From NCBI RefSeq assembly GCF_004010195.1, contig NC_057719.1, positions 83,043,668-83,063,667 of the forward strand: a stretch of DNA of 20,000 nt, given 5' to 3'. This document shows positions 11,044-20,000 of the stretch, piece by piece (position 1 is the stretch's first letter; each line of letters starts with the position of its first letter). This DNA comes from Chiloscyllium plagiosum (Eukaryota). The notes under the pieces were generated by a model. That model worked only from the letters and a program-made list of their open reading frames with translations, did not search any database and had not been told where the DNA came from. The position numbers and the translations under genes were made by a program.

Positions 11044-11082
11044 CCTTACCTCCTGTTCAATTCAGACCTTTATGTCACTTAC
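11044..11082 (-). promoter_or_regulatory. Candidate retroviral major splice donors
   Basis: GTAAGT (11082-11077) and AG/GTAAGG (11051-11044) just downstream of the PBS. Confidence 0.45.
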
Positions 11083-11112
11083 TCAGCCCAGTGAGACGTT
11101 CCCTATGTTGAG

Positions 11113-11130
11113 GTCTGAGTAAAGGCACCA
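11113..11130 (-). promoter_or_regulatory. Primer-binding site, tRNA-His-like
   Basis: TGGTGCCTTTACTCAGAC 2 nt after the 5' LTR; 14/18 match to the tRNA-His PBS TGGTGCCGTGACTCGGAT. Confidence 0.75.
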
Positions 11131-11132
11131 AA

Positions 11133-11841
11133 TGTTGATGTATATTTTGTTCCATAAATCTGGACGACACAAGTTTCTGTACAACAGTGGATGCTTTATT
11201 ATCGGACAGCCAGCAAGAGATTCTCAATGTCCCCAAAAGTAGTCGTGCGTCTACTTGTGGTGACACTTCTAAGGCAGTACTTTTTATAGGAATAATATAA
11301 AAGGTCTATAAGTGACAGTGGTGATTATCGTTACATTGTTTGAGATGGGCAATTATAACTTTACATGGCAAAGTAAATATCGATGTCCTGTGATAACGAG
11401 TGAATGGATTACAGGGACCGGCTATCGTATTCTTCATGACCATGTGTTGATGGGAAGAGATTAAAACTGAAGGGCTTTGCCTGTTCTCAGTGGGGAATTC
11501 ACATACCTATGCTATTATGGAGGGGGAGCAAGATAATGGGAGCAGAAGGCAGTTTAACAGGGTTGTGGTCAAGACTATCAGTCTTGTCTGGGGAGGACAA
11601 ATACCTTTGCCTGAGGCTGCAGAGGAATCCACATGTGTGGCTCCAATGGATTCCTTCACTAAGATTCAGTCAGCCTCCTCCCTACTGAGATGCTCTGTCT
11701 CTTCTGTAAGAGGACAGACATGCAATTGATACTGCAGTGAGTCTCTTTGGTAGTGGAATGCTTAACCCTTGAGTCCCCAGTATGCCTTGACAGAGAAGTA
11801 AAACATGGCACTGATCCCTTTGTGGCTTTCTAACTTTCTCA
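11133..11841 (-). repeat. ERV 5' LTR (709 bp)
   Basis: Direct repeat of 3548-4669; TATAAAAA at 11288-11281 and AATAAA at 11200-11195 on the minus strand. Confidence 0.95.
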
Positions 11842-12696
11842 CTGCAGGGGAACTGAGCTCAGCTCAGCTGCACACAAAAGGAGGTTGTCATCTGACTCTG
11901 ACCTGATGTGTCTTAAACCTTTGCAGCAAATTGGTGTGAATTGTACATCAAAACACATAATAGCATGAAATAAATCATTTCCTCATCGTAACATTTATGT
12001 GCAGGATAATACTTTGACTCACAAATGATGATCTGTCATTTGTGAAGAACTACAGTCAACTTTTACATGAGATCGACCTTTACTCGTGTATATATGGTAA
12101 TTCTCTTGGTCACCATGTCCCTCTGCTAGAGAGGAGGGGAGACACATCCAGCAATCACTCTCTTGATAGTTATCCAGAAACTCACTGCCAGATGTGTAAG
12201 TCACACACTTCAGCACATTGGAGAGAACAGGATTTGTTGCAATGACCATGCATGTCTCTGGGTTCCCCTGCCCCTCCACCATTGCACCATTCCAGCTGCC
12301 CCTCACAAGGAATGCCATTTGAGGATGTACTGGGGAGAGGAGGTAGGGGTTGGGGAGTCGAGACTGGTGCTTATGGAACAGTCAATGATTGAAAAACGGG
12401 GGAATGTACCTATCTCACATTAAATGACCCACATCTATGTAAGTATCACAAAGATGATCAGGGCTAGATCTTCTGGACTTCCCCATTTGTTCTCAGCCTC
12501 TTCAATGAAGAGAACCTGTAGGAGATTACTGAGGTCAATAAACCTTTCATTGTCTGGGAAGATTTGTTAATTTATGGTGATTTAAGGCTAAAATCAAAGC
12601 AACATATTCAAAGAGATCTTTGTGACACAAACCAATGGACTAATTATTCAGCTGTAGGCTTGGGAAACTATATTCACAATTGAATTTTGAAACACA

Positions 12697-12990
12697 GCTG
12701 GCAAATGGGACTAGGATATCTGGTCAGTGTGGATGAGTTGGACTGGAGGGTCTGTTTCCATGCTGTACCACTCTATGATTCTATGGTCCATGTGTGAAAT
12801 GAACTGCCAGAGGAAGTGGTGGATGCAGGGACAGCATTAAAAAGACCAATGCATAGGTTCATGAATGGGAAAGATTTGGAGGGATATGGGTCAGATACAG
12901 ATAACTGGGAGTAGTTTACTTTGGGAACATGGTCAGCAGGGACTGGTTGGACGATAGAGTCTGTTTCCATGCTGTTTGACTCTATAATTC
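12697..12990 (+). mobile_element. Two abutting CR1/HER1 3'-end fragments (12697-12785 and 12786-12990)
   Basis: Both end GTCTGTTTCCATGCTGT..CTCTAT; similar to 1050-1256. Confidence 0.8.
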
Positions 12991-13828
12991 AGGACTAGAA
13001 TTGTTCCTCAGCAATCTGAGACTGTGCCTCAGTTAATTGGTTACTAAGACTAATTAAAATTTATCATCAACATCAGTTGTGCCCTATTCTTAATTCATCA
13101 CTTCAAATTACTTGCAACAAACCTGAAGCTACAAGGCACAGATGTGTAGCCAGCCATTACTCTGCAGCAATGGACCTCCAGAAAGCTGGACATTCAACAA
13201 TCCCCCAACCCTCACTAAAATCAGACTTCGCCTCATCCCAGACACGACATACTTCAAGTGGATATACTAAAGGAATTTCATGCATGCACCTTCATGCCTT
13301 ATAGAAATCCAACTGTCAGTAATGTTGGACTCTGACTCACATGGAAGAATGGCACACTAATCATTCACAAAACTAAAAGGGGACTTCTGCACCCCGAATC
13401 AACATGAACCATTTCACTTATTCAAATGTTATGCGCGTGCTTACAATATGTTAGTTTAAAAAGACACAAGTGTACTTATTTAACAGTAATATCCTAGTGT
13501 GTTTTTGCGTTGAGACTGTCAATATCTTTATGACACCTCGAGCAAGTCCTGTTATGACACAAGATTGCCAAAATAGTTAGGTTGCAGGCTTGAGATGTGA
13601 GCCTGATTTAAAACTTCACTTGCAACTATTTATTCCATGAACTCAGTGTTATAATTTGCATTATAATAAAAGCATCTAAGTGTCAGAATTCTCAAGGATG
13701 TATAGCAATTTGCCAGGTGTCAGGGTTGTCAGAATTAGATTGTTCAATAGTTGTTTGGTGGTACAGGACTTGAGTGTTGCTAAATTTAAAATAAAACACA
13801 CATTTCCTCAAAGATTTTCATCTTGCAC

Positions 13829-14320
13829 TCATAGAGTCATACAGCATGGAAACAGACCCTTTGGTTCAACTCATCCATGCTGACCAGATACCCTGAATAA
13901 ATCTAGTCCCATTTGCTAACACTTGGCCAATATACCTCTAAACCCTTTCCATTTCATATACCCATCCAGATGCCATTTAAATGTTGTAATTGTACCAGCC
14001 TCCACCACTCCCTCTAATGGTCTTGAAGAAGGATTACACCCGAAACATTGACTTTTCCACCACCTGAGGCTGCCTGGCTTGCTGTGTTCTTCCAGCCTCC
14101 TGCCTGTCTACCTTAGATACCAGCATCTGCAGTTTTTTTTGTCTTGCAACACTTCATCTGGCAGCTCATTCCATATATGTACCACCCTTTTAAATCTTTC
14201 CCCCTCTCGCCTTCACCTATGTCCTCTAGCTTTGGACTCTCCCAACCCAGGGAAAATACCTTGTCTATTTACCCTATCCATGCCCCCCATGATTTTATAA
14301 ACCTCTGTAAGGTCGCCCCT
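13829..14320 (-). mobile_element. CR1/HER1 3' end, interrupted at 14016-14146
   Basis: Plus strand CATAGAGTCATACAGCATGGAAACAGACC tail; homology resumes after the insert (GGCAGCTCATTCCA..ATTTTATAAACCTCTGTAAGGTC). Confidence 0.85.
14016..14146 (+). mobile_element. Penelope-like terminal-repeat fragment with hammerhead-like motif
   Basis: TTGAAGAAGGATTACACCCGAAACATTG at 14023; same family as 17113-17292; degenerate TSD CACCACTCCCTCT (14003-14015) / CAACACTTCATCT (14147-14159). Confidence 0.7.
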
Positions 14321-14354
14321 TACTCATCAGAGCAATATATAGGAATACCAGTTC

Positions 14355-14515
14355 AAGAGGGAAACCAACATGAGAGGAGAATGCGTTTGGTTAACAACTG
14401 CACTCTGATTTGTAGAGGGGTTGATAAGGAGAATGCAACCATTAGAGTTGATTGACAGTTAACTGCCAAAACTTGTATGAACTTTAAAACAGACGGGTTG
14501 ACTTTGATTGGATGG
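14355..14515 (-). repeat. Old repeat fragment related to 16025-16280
   Basis: Minus strand CCTCTACAAATCAGAG..TCTCCTCTCATGT resembles CCTCTACCAATCAGAA..CTCCTCTCATGT near 16140-16190. Confidence 0.45.
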
Positions 14516-15039
14516 CTCTCATCTACCTTGCTTATTGCAAACAGCTGAAGGGACATGCAGTTTGAAATGATCAGCCAGTCTTTGGGAATGTATGCCTACA
14601 AACCTAGTATCACACTGGCACTGAAATATGTATACCACATTACAAGTAAACTCATGAAAGGTCTTAAGGTGGTTAACCTTGGTCCTGAAAGAGCCCGGTC
14701 CACCTCAGATTACCCTGGAAGGGCAGAGTATCCCTCACGTTTCAGCAGCTCTGCCGCTATGTGGTAGCAATAAAAATATTGTTTGACAGTAAAGGTGCTG
14801 CCATAAACAAAAACAGAAAGTGCTGGAGAAACCCAGCAACATTTTGAGTCCAGAGCCCCTTCTTCAGAACTGATTGTAGCTAGGAAAAGATTGGTATATA
14901 CGCTAAAGATGGGGGTCAGGGGGAGGATGGAGGAGTAAACAATAAGTGGAGATGGATCCCAGAGAGAGGGAGAAAAAACAGTTGGACAGACAAAAGAATG
15001 GATAATGGTCGGCCAGGGGGAATCAACAGCTGCTAATAT

Positions 15040-15520
15040 AACTCTGATGTGGCCGCACTTGGAGTATTATAGGAAGGATGTGGAAACAGGAGATTTACCA
15101 GGATGTTGCAGGGAAGGTCTTATGAGGAAAGGTTGAGGGATTTGAAGCTGTTTTCGTTAGACAGAAGAAGGTTAAGAGGTGACTTAATAGAGACTTACAA
15201 GATGATCAGAGGATTAGATAGGGTGGACAGTGAGAGCCTTTTTCCTCGAAAGGCGATGGCTAGCACATGGGGACATGGGTTTAAATGGAAGGGTGATAGA
15301 TATCAGAGGTAGGTTCTTTACTCAGAGAGTAGTAAGGGCATGGAAAGCCTTGCCCTGCCAGTGAGTAGTAGACTTGCCAACCTTAAGGGCATTTAAATGG
15401 TCATTGGATAGACACATGGATGAAAATGGAATAGTGTAGGTTACAGATTGGTTTTACAGGTTGGTGCAACATTGAGGGCTGAAGGGCCTGAACTGCACTG
15501 TAATGTTCTACGTTCTATGT
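15040..15520 (+). mobile_element. CR1-type LINE 3' end with internal deletions
   Basis: SYEERLRDLKLFSLDRRRLRGDLIETYKMIRGLDRVD is a canonical CR1 ORF2 C-terminus; tail TGTTCTACGTTCTATGT. Confidence 0.92.
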
Positions 15521-15613
15521 TAATGGGGACTGTTAATGGCCAACAATAGATTGGTTGTGGTAGCAGCCCATGTGATGTCAAGGCTTGGTGTGTGGGGGTT
15601 GGGATGAGGACAT

Positions 15614-15950
15614 GGGCGGCACGGTGGCACTGTGGGTGGCACGGTGGCACAGTGGATAGTACTGCTGCTTCACAGCGCCAGAGACCCGGGTTCAATTCCC
15701 TTCTCAGGCAACTGTCTGTGTGGAGTTTGCCCGTTCTCCCCGTGTCTGTGTGGGTTTCCTCCAGGTGCTCCGGTTTCCTCCCACAGTCCAAAGATGTGCA
15801 GGTCAGATGAATTGGCCATGCTAAATTGCCCATAGTGTTAGGTGAAGGGGTAAATGTAGGGGAATGGGTCAGGGTGGGTTGCTCTTCAGAGGGTCGGTGG
15901 GGACTTGTTGGGCTGAAGGGCCTGTTTCCACACTGTAAGTAATCTAAAAA
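15614..15950 (+). mobile_element. HE1-type V-SINE, full length
   Basis: A box GTGGCACAGTGG, B box GGTTCAATTCC, V-domain, tail CCTGTTTCCACACTGTAAGTAATCTA. Confidence 0.92.
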
Positions 15951-16024
15951 TTTGGCGGTAATCTAAAAAATGGGAGAAGGAGCCCAGTGTCTAAAGTTAT
16001 TGAACTCAACATTGAGTCTGAACA

Positions 16025-16280
16025 TTCAGCCTGTCATCCAACTGGGTAAACAGGATTAAAACTAAACTGCCTGAGTTAAACTTTCAACAAAGCTTGTGAA
16101 TAGATACTCAAACATTAATAGGTATATTCACATTGGAAATGCCTCTACCAATCAGAATTTACTTTCCAATCAGTTACCACACTCCTCTCATGTAGTATAA
16201 ATGTCGATTTTCCCACTGAAAGTTGGTATTCTTGCAAAGTTTCCTGATGAGATCAAGACAAGAAGCTTCAACAACATGTT
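16025..16280 (+). mobile_element. Old Penelope-like terminal-repeat remnant
   Basis: Two CCAATCAG boxes, TATAAA, then CTGATGA (16244-16250) followed by a decayed hammerhead-like ..AAGCTTC. Confidence 0.45.
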
Positions 16281-17031
16281 TTTAAATTGATGAGAACTAC
16301 TCAAAATCCATCGCAATTTGTTACTGGCGTTAATGTCTCTCTCTCTCAGCACTAAGCTAGATTGCTGGCAAATTGTACCCTTTAATGACTATCATTCAGT
16401 ATCTATCAATTTGCCCCTGTTATCAGGGTAACTGAGCGATAAAACAAGCTGAAGCCTCAGATCGCACACACAGGTATATCTGGGAAGGGCACTTCTTGTG
16501 GATAGCAGCTCATGCGTAATTTGTCTATATCTTGAATGTCAAACTAAATAAGACCAAAAGTAAAACGTCTCAATCTTCCTCTCAGCTCTTACTATCCCAT
16601 TGAATTCAAATTAATGAAATTGATTAGGTTTATTTGAAAGTAATTTCGAGTTAAATAATTTCAAGCCTTAAATGCTAGTTTTACCAGACCCTGCACAGTT
16701 TGCAGTCTGTCTGAGGGGAGGCTGATATAATGTCAGCAGTGTCCGCTTACGAAAAGGAAGAAATTGCATTCCTAAACGCCTTTCACGACCTCAGGTGTTC
16801 CCAAAACATTGTACACCCAACAGAGTGCACCTGATTTACACAGACGGTTGTAATGTAGGAAACACAACAGCCAGTTTATACGCAGCAAGCTCTCACTAAA
16901 AAGCAATGAAGTAACAAGAAGATCGATTCATTTTAACCAGTGAGGTTGGTCAAGGGTTAATATTGGTCAGGATGTTGAAGAGAATATCCCACCTCTTAGA
17001 AATTAAGTCATGGGATCTCTTACATTCACCT

Positions 17032-17593
17032 TTTCAATTCTGTATGATTTATGGTATTTATTGTCCATCTCTAATTGCCTTTGAAGTGATCAGCTTGCTA
17101 TGCCATTTCAGAGACAGAAAAAACTGCAGATGCTGGAATCCAAAATAGGCAGGAGGCTGGAAGAACACAGCAAGACAGGCAGCAACAGGAGGTGAAGAGG
17201 TCGACATTCAAGAAGGGTTACACCCGAAACATCAACTTCTCTTCTTTCTAATGTTGCCTGGCTTGCTGTGTTCCTCCAGCCTCCTGCCTATCCCATTTCA
17301 GACAGCAGTTAAGAATAAACCACGTTGCTTTGGGTCTGGAGTTATGTGCAGGCTGGACTAGATATTGATGGCAGATTACCTTCCCTAAAGGACATTAGTG
17401 AGCAGGATGGGTTTCTATGATAATTGTTGATGGTCATAGCCACCAGTGCTGAGAGTGCCTTTGTGTTCCAGATTTATTCAACAAATTTAAGTTCCACCTG
17501 CTCCCATGATGGGATTTGAACCCATTTCCCTGGAGCTTTAGAATGGGTCTTCATCTTTCAGTGCAAGAAATATTGCACCTGTAGCAGCATCTC
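17032..17593 (-). mobile_element. tRNA-derived SINE nested in the DeuSINE
   Basis: B box GGGTTCAAATCCC on the minus strand near 17523-17511; flanks TTCACCT / TCCACCT as a likely TSD. Confidence 0.6.
17113..17292. mobile_element. Palindromic Penelope-like element with 10-bp TSD
   Basis: Arms ATAGGCAGGAGGCTGGAAGAACACAGCAAG / CTTGCTGTGTTCCTCCAGCCTCCTGCCTAT; GAAGGGTTACACCCGAAACATC; CCATTTCAGA at 17103-17112 and 17293-17302. Confidence 0.75.
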
Positions 17594-17621
17594 TCCACCT
17601 GAGAAATGGGGGCCACCTCGG

Positions 17622-17958
17622 GAAGGCAGACATTATCGAAGACCCCTCCCACCCCAATTATAAAACCTCTTCCAACTTCTTCCATCAGGCAGAAGATACA
17701 AAAGCTTAAACACTTTTACCAACAGATTCAAGAACAGCGTCTTCAGAACACCTGCTGTTATTAGACTTCTGCAGGGACCTTTCAAACTTTAAATTTAATG
17801 TCGATCTCGCTCTGTGTGCACCTTCTCTGCAGCTGTAACATTGTATTCCTCACTCTGTTCTATTACCTTAATGCACTGTGTATGGTATCATCTGCCTGCA
17901 CTGTACACAATAGTTTTCACTGCACCGAGGTACATGTGACAATGATAAATCAAATCAA
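17622..17958 (+). mobile_element. Rex1/Babar-like LINE 3' end
   Basis: DIIEDPSHP and LFQLLPSGRRYKSLNTFTNRFKNS translations; tail GATAAATCAAATCAA. Confidence 0.75.
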
Positions 17959-18837
17959 TTTGCCAGCTCGTGCCTAAAGATGTCACCTCTGACAGTGCAG
18001 GCTTCTTCAAAGTTGCAATGGTAATGTCAGCCTTGATGTTATGCTCAGGTCTCTGACTCTCAGTCACAGAACTACCACTGAGCAATGGCTGGTACGTGCT
18101 ATGCTTTGCAGTTGTCTCTCTCTCTCTCTCATGCTCTGCAAAGCTGTTTGAGTTCTTGCTGAAGAGTTTCTTAGGCAGCAATGTCAGACAGACAAAGCCA
18201 TGTCATAATATCTTCTGCTGACTGTTAAAATTCAGTCCAACTGTTTTCAAACATTTGCCCACAATGAAATAAGGGTGCAAACCTGTCAGGATTACTCTGG
18301 AGACTTCAGCGGGTAAAGATTAACCTCCCAGACAGTTGGGGATATAGCAGGCAGTGAGACCGAAACCAATCGACCACAACTTTTATATGTTCATTAATAG
18401 GATGAGGGCGTCACTGGCTAGACCAGCGTTTATTGCCCAGACGGCAGCAGAGAGCGGCGGGAACTGGGCAGAAGTGAAGTCGGAGTGCAAAGCCGGTCGG
18501 GAAGGTAAGTGATTGTGATTTAAGAACTTACCTCAACGCCAATGGTCTTTTTGCAGCAGAGAGCGGCGGGAGCTGGGTGGAAGTGAAGTTGGAGCGCAAA
18601 GCCGGTCGGGAAGGTAAGTGATTGTTATTTGAGTGGGTGAGTTCTAGACCCCAGGTCCTACAAAGTAGGGCCTCCCTCCCACCCTCCTCCTCTAACCTAA
18701 ATTAAAAGTCCACAGACTTGCCCCAAAAAAAGGGTCCAAGGAAGTACCTGTGGATTGAAGAGTGAGGCTTTAGCTCAGGAGTCTTTGACAAGTAGGTTGA
18801 GTGAAGTGATTACGCCACAGTTGAAGAGGGTGAAGAC

Positions 18838-19873
18838 ATGACTGCCAAGCTGGTTCAGCGTGCTATGTGCTTGATGTGGGAGGTCAACGACTTCGGTGTG
18901 TCTGGCTCGTATAAGTGTGGCAAGTGTGTGCATGTTCAGCTACTGACAGAGCATATTGCAGCACTGATGAAAGAACTCGAGGGCCTTAGGTTCATCCAAG
19001 AGAACGAGATCTTTCTGGACAAGACCTTCAGCGAGGTTATTACACCGACCATACCAGAAAAGAGCAGAAGAGAGCAGATGATGAGGAAGACAGAGAGGAG
19101 ACCCTGGGGGAAGTATCTGTCAAGAACAAGTTGAATCTTTTGGAAACAGTAGAGACAGATGAGTGTGGAAACAGGCCCTTCGGCCCAACAAGTCCACACC
19201 GACCCGCCGAAGCGCAACCCAACCATTCCCCTACATTTTACCCCTTGACCTAACCTGAATCTTTTGGAAACAGTAGAGACAGATGACACGGCCAGTCCGC
19301 GAGACGGCCAGGTCTGTCAATCAAAAGTTGGCGTGGAGGCAGAGCGGAAGAGTCAGACATCGCACAGAGCTGTGGTAAAAGGGGACTCCATAGTGAGAGG
19401 AACTGACCAGGGTTTTTGTGGCAGCAGGCGGGACTTAAGGATGGTGTGTTGCCTTCCTGGTGCCAGGGTTAAAGACATCACAGACAGAGTGCAGGAAATC
19501 CTCAAGGACGAAGGTGAAGAGCCAGAGGTGGTGGTACATGTCGGCACAAATGATGTTGGGAAGAAGAGGAGGAACATACTACAGCAGGACTTCGGAGAAC
19601 TAGGAAGAAGGCTGAAAAGCAGGACGTCCAAGGTGGTTATCTCCGGTTTGCTTCCAGTTCCTCGGGCTGGTGAGGCCAGAAACAGGGAGATAATGGACTT
19701 GAACGTGTGGCTGGGAACTGGTGCAGGAAGCAAGGATTTAAATGCTTGGATCACTGGGGTATGTTTTGTGGTAAGCACAATTATACAAGAGAGATGGTTT
19801 GCACGTTAATAGGTTAGGGACCAGCATTCTGGCAGGCAGGTTTGCTACTGCAACACAGCTACGTTTAAATTAA
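18838..19873 (+). pseudogene. CR1 ORF1p: zinc finger, coiled coil and SGNH esterase domain; frameshifted
   Basis: (C>R)AMCLMWE..CGKC; GDSIVRG, CCLPGARVKDI, VVHVGTND, ISGLLPVP; shifted frame YKRDGLHVNRLG ending TAA at 19871-19873. Confidence 0.9.
19163..19255 (-). mobile_element. HE1 SINE 3' fragment inserted in CR1 ORF1
   Basis: Reverse complement matches 15838-15932; flanked by an exact 31-bp direct repeat. Confidence 0.85.
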
Positions 19874-20000
19874 GTAGCGGGGAGGGAGGGGACAAACTGG
19901 ATGTTTAAGAAGGAAATTGGAGGGAAAGTTAGAACAAGGGAAGTCAAGAAAGACAACTTTATCAATGAAGCAGAAAACTCAAAAAGGGATCATGCTGTAA

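Larger units (their letters stand above)
3548..11841 (-). mobile_element. Defective class I (epsilon/gamma-like) endogenous retrovirus provirus
   Basis: Paired LTRs with TG..CA ends on the minus strand, CTGC TSD (3544-3547 and 11842-11845), PBS, polypurine tract, and gag, RNase H, integrase, env remnants in canonical order. Confidence 0.95.
14805..16022 (-). mobile_element. Penelope-like element 3' end, split by a CR1 and an HE1 insertion
   Basis: Minus strand near 16020-15990 encodes LNVEFNNFR (GIY-YIG ORF C-terminal GLN-like motif); terminal part shares TGCTGGAGAAAC with 2617-2814 and has a CTGAAGA..AAAATGTT motif at 14867-14838. Confidence 0.65.
16755..18090 (-). mobile_element. DeuSINE (SacSINE1-like) broken into three pieces (about 16755-17031, 17594-17620, 17960-18090)
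   Basis: GCCTTTCACGACCTCAGG, CATGGGATCTCTTACATTCACCT, CCACCTGAGA, CACCTCTGACAGTGCAG and CTACCACTGAGC segments follow the family order as recalled. Confidence 0.65.
18444..20000 (+). mobile_element. 5' portion of a CR1-clade LINE (5' UTR and ORF1), running off the window
   Basis: Tandemly repeated 5' UTR unit followed by an esterase-type ORF1. Confidence 0.88.

Noticed and set aside
12019..12445. Overlapping ORFs with GTAAGT sites and faint Harbinger-like resemblance
   Set aside because: Similarity too weak; no catalytic motifs or terminal repeats
16290..16750. Unique AT-rich stretch with TAAT and GATA motifs, possible enhancer
   Set aside because: Short motifs are expected by chance; needs cross-species alignment
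18444..18630. Repeat-spacer-repeat pattern resembling CRISPR
   Set aside because: Only two long units in a eukaryotic LINE 5' UTR; no cas genes

Overview
Repeat-rich, non-genic vertebrate DNA, most likely from a shark (HE1-type V-SINEs, HER1/CR1-type LINE 3' ends, a SacSINE1-like DeuSINE; families recognised from memory, not by database search). The main feature is a defective class I (epsilon/gamma-like) endogenous retrovirus on the minus strand at 3548-11841. It has two TG..CA LTRs of about 709 bp, a 4-bp CTGC target-site duplication (TSD), a tRNA-His-like primer-binding site (PBS), a polypurine tract, and decayed gag, RNase H, integrase and env. It lacks protease and RT, carries about 1.27 kb of unexplained AT-rich DNA, and has an inverted, synonymously diverged pol copy inside integrase. 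Its LTR pair is mosaic in divergence, suggesting recombination between two related viruses. Outside the provirus are several Penelope-like remnants with degenerate minimal hammerhead-ribozyme motifs (three as palindromes), multi-layer nests of retroposons, and the 5' end of a CR1 LINE with an esterase-type ORF1. No host exon could be supported.
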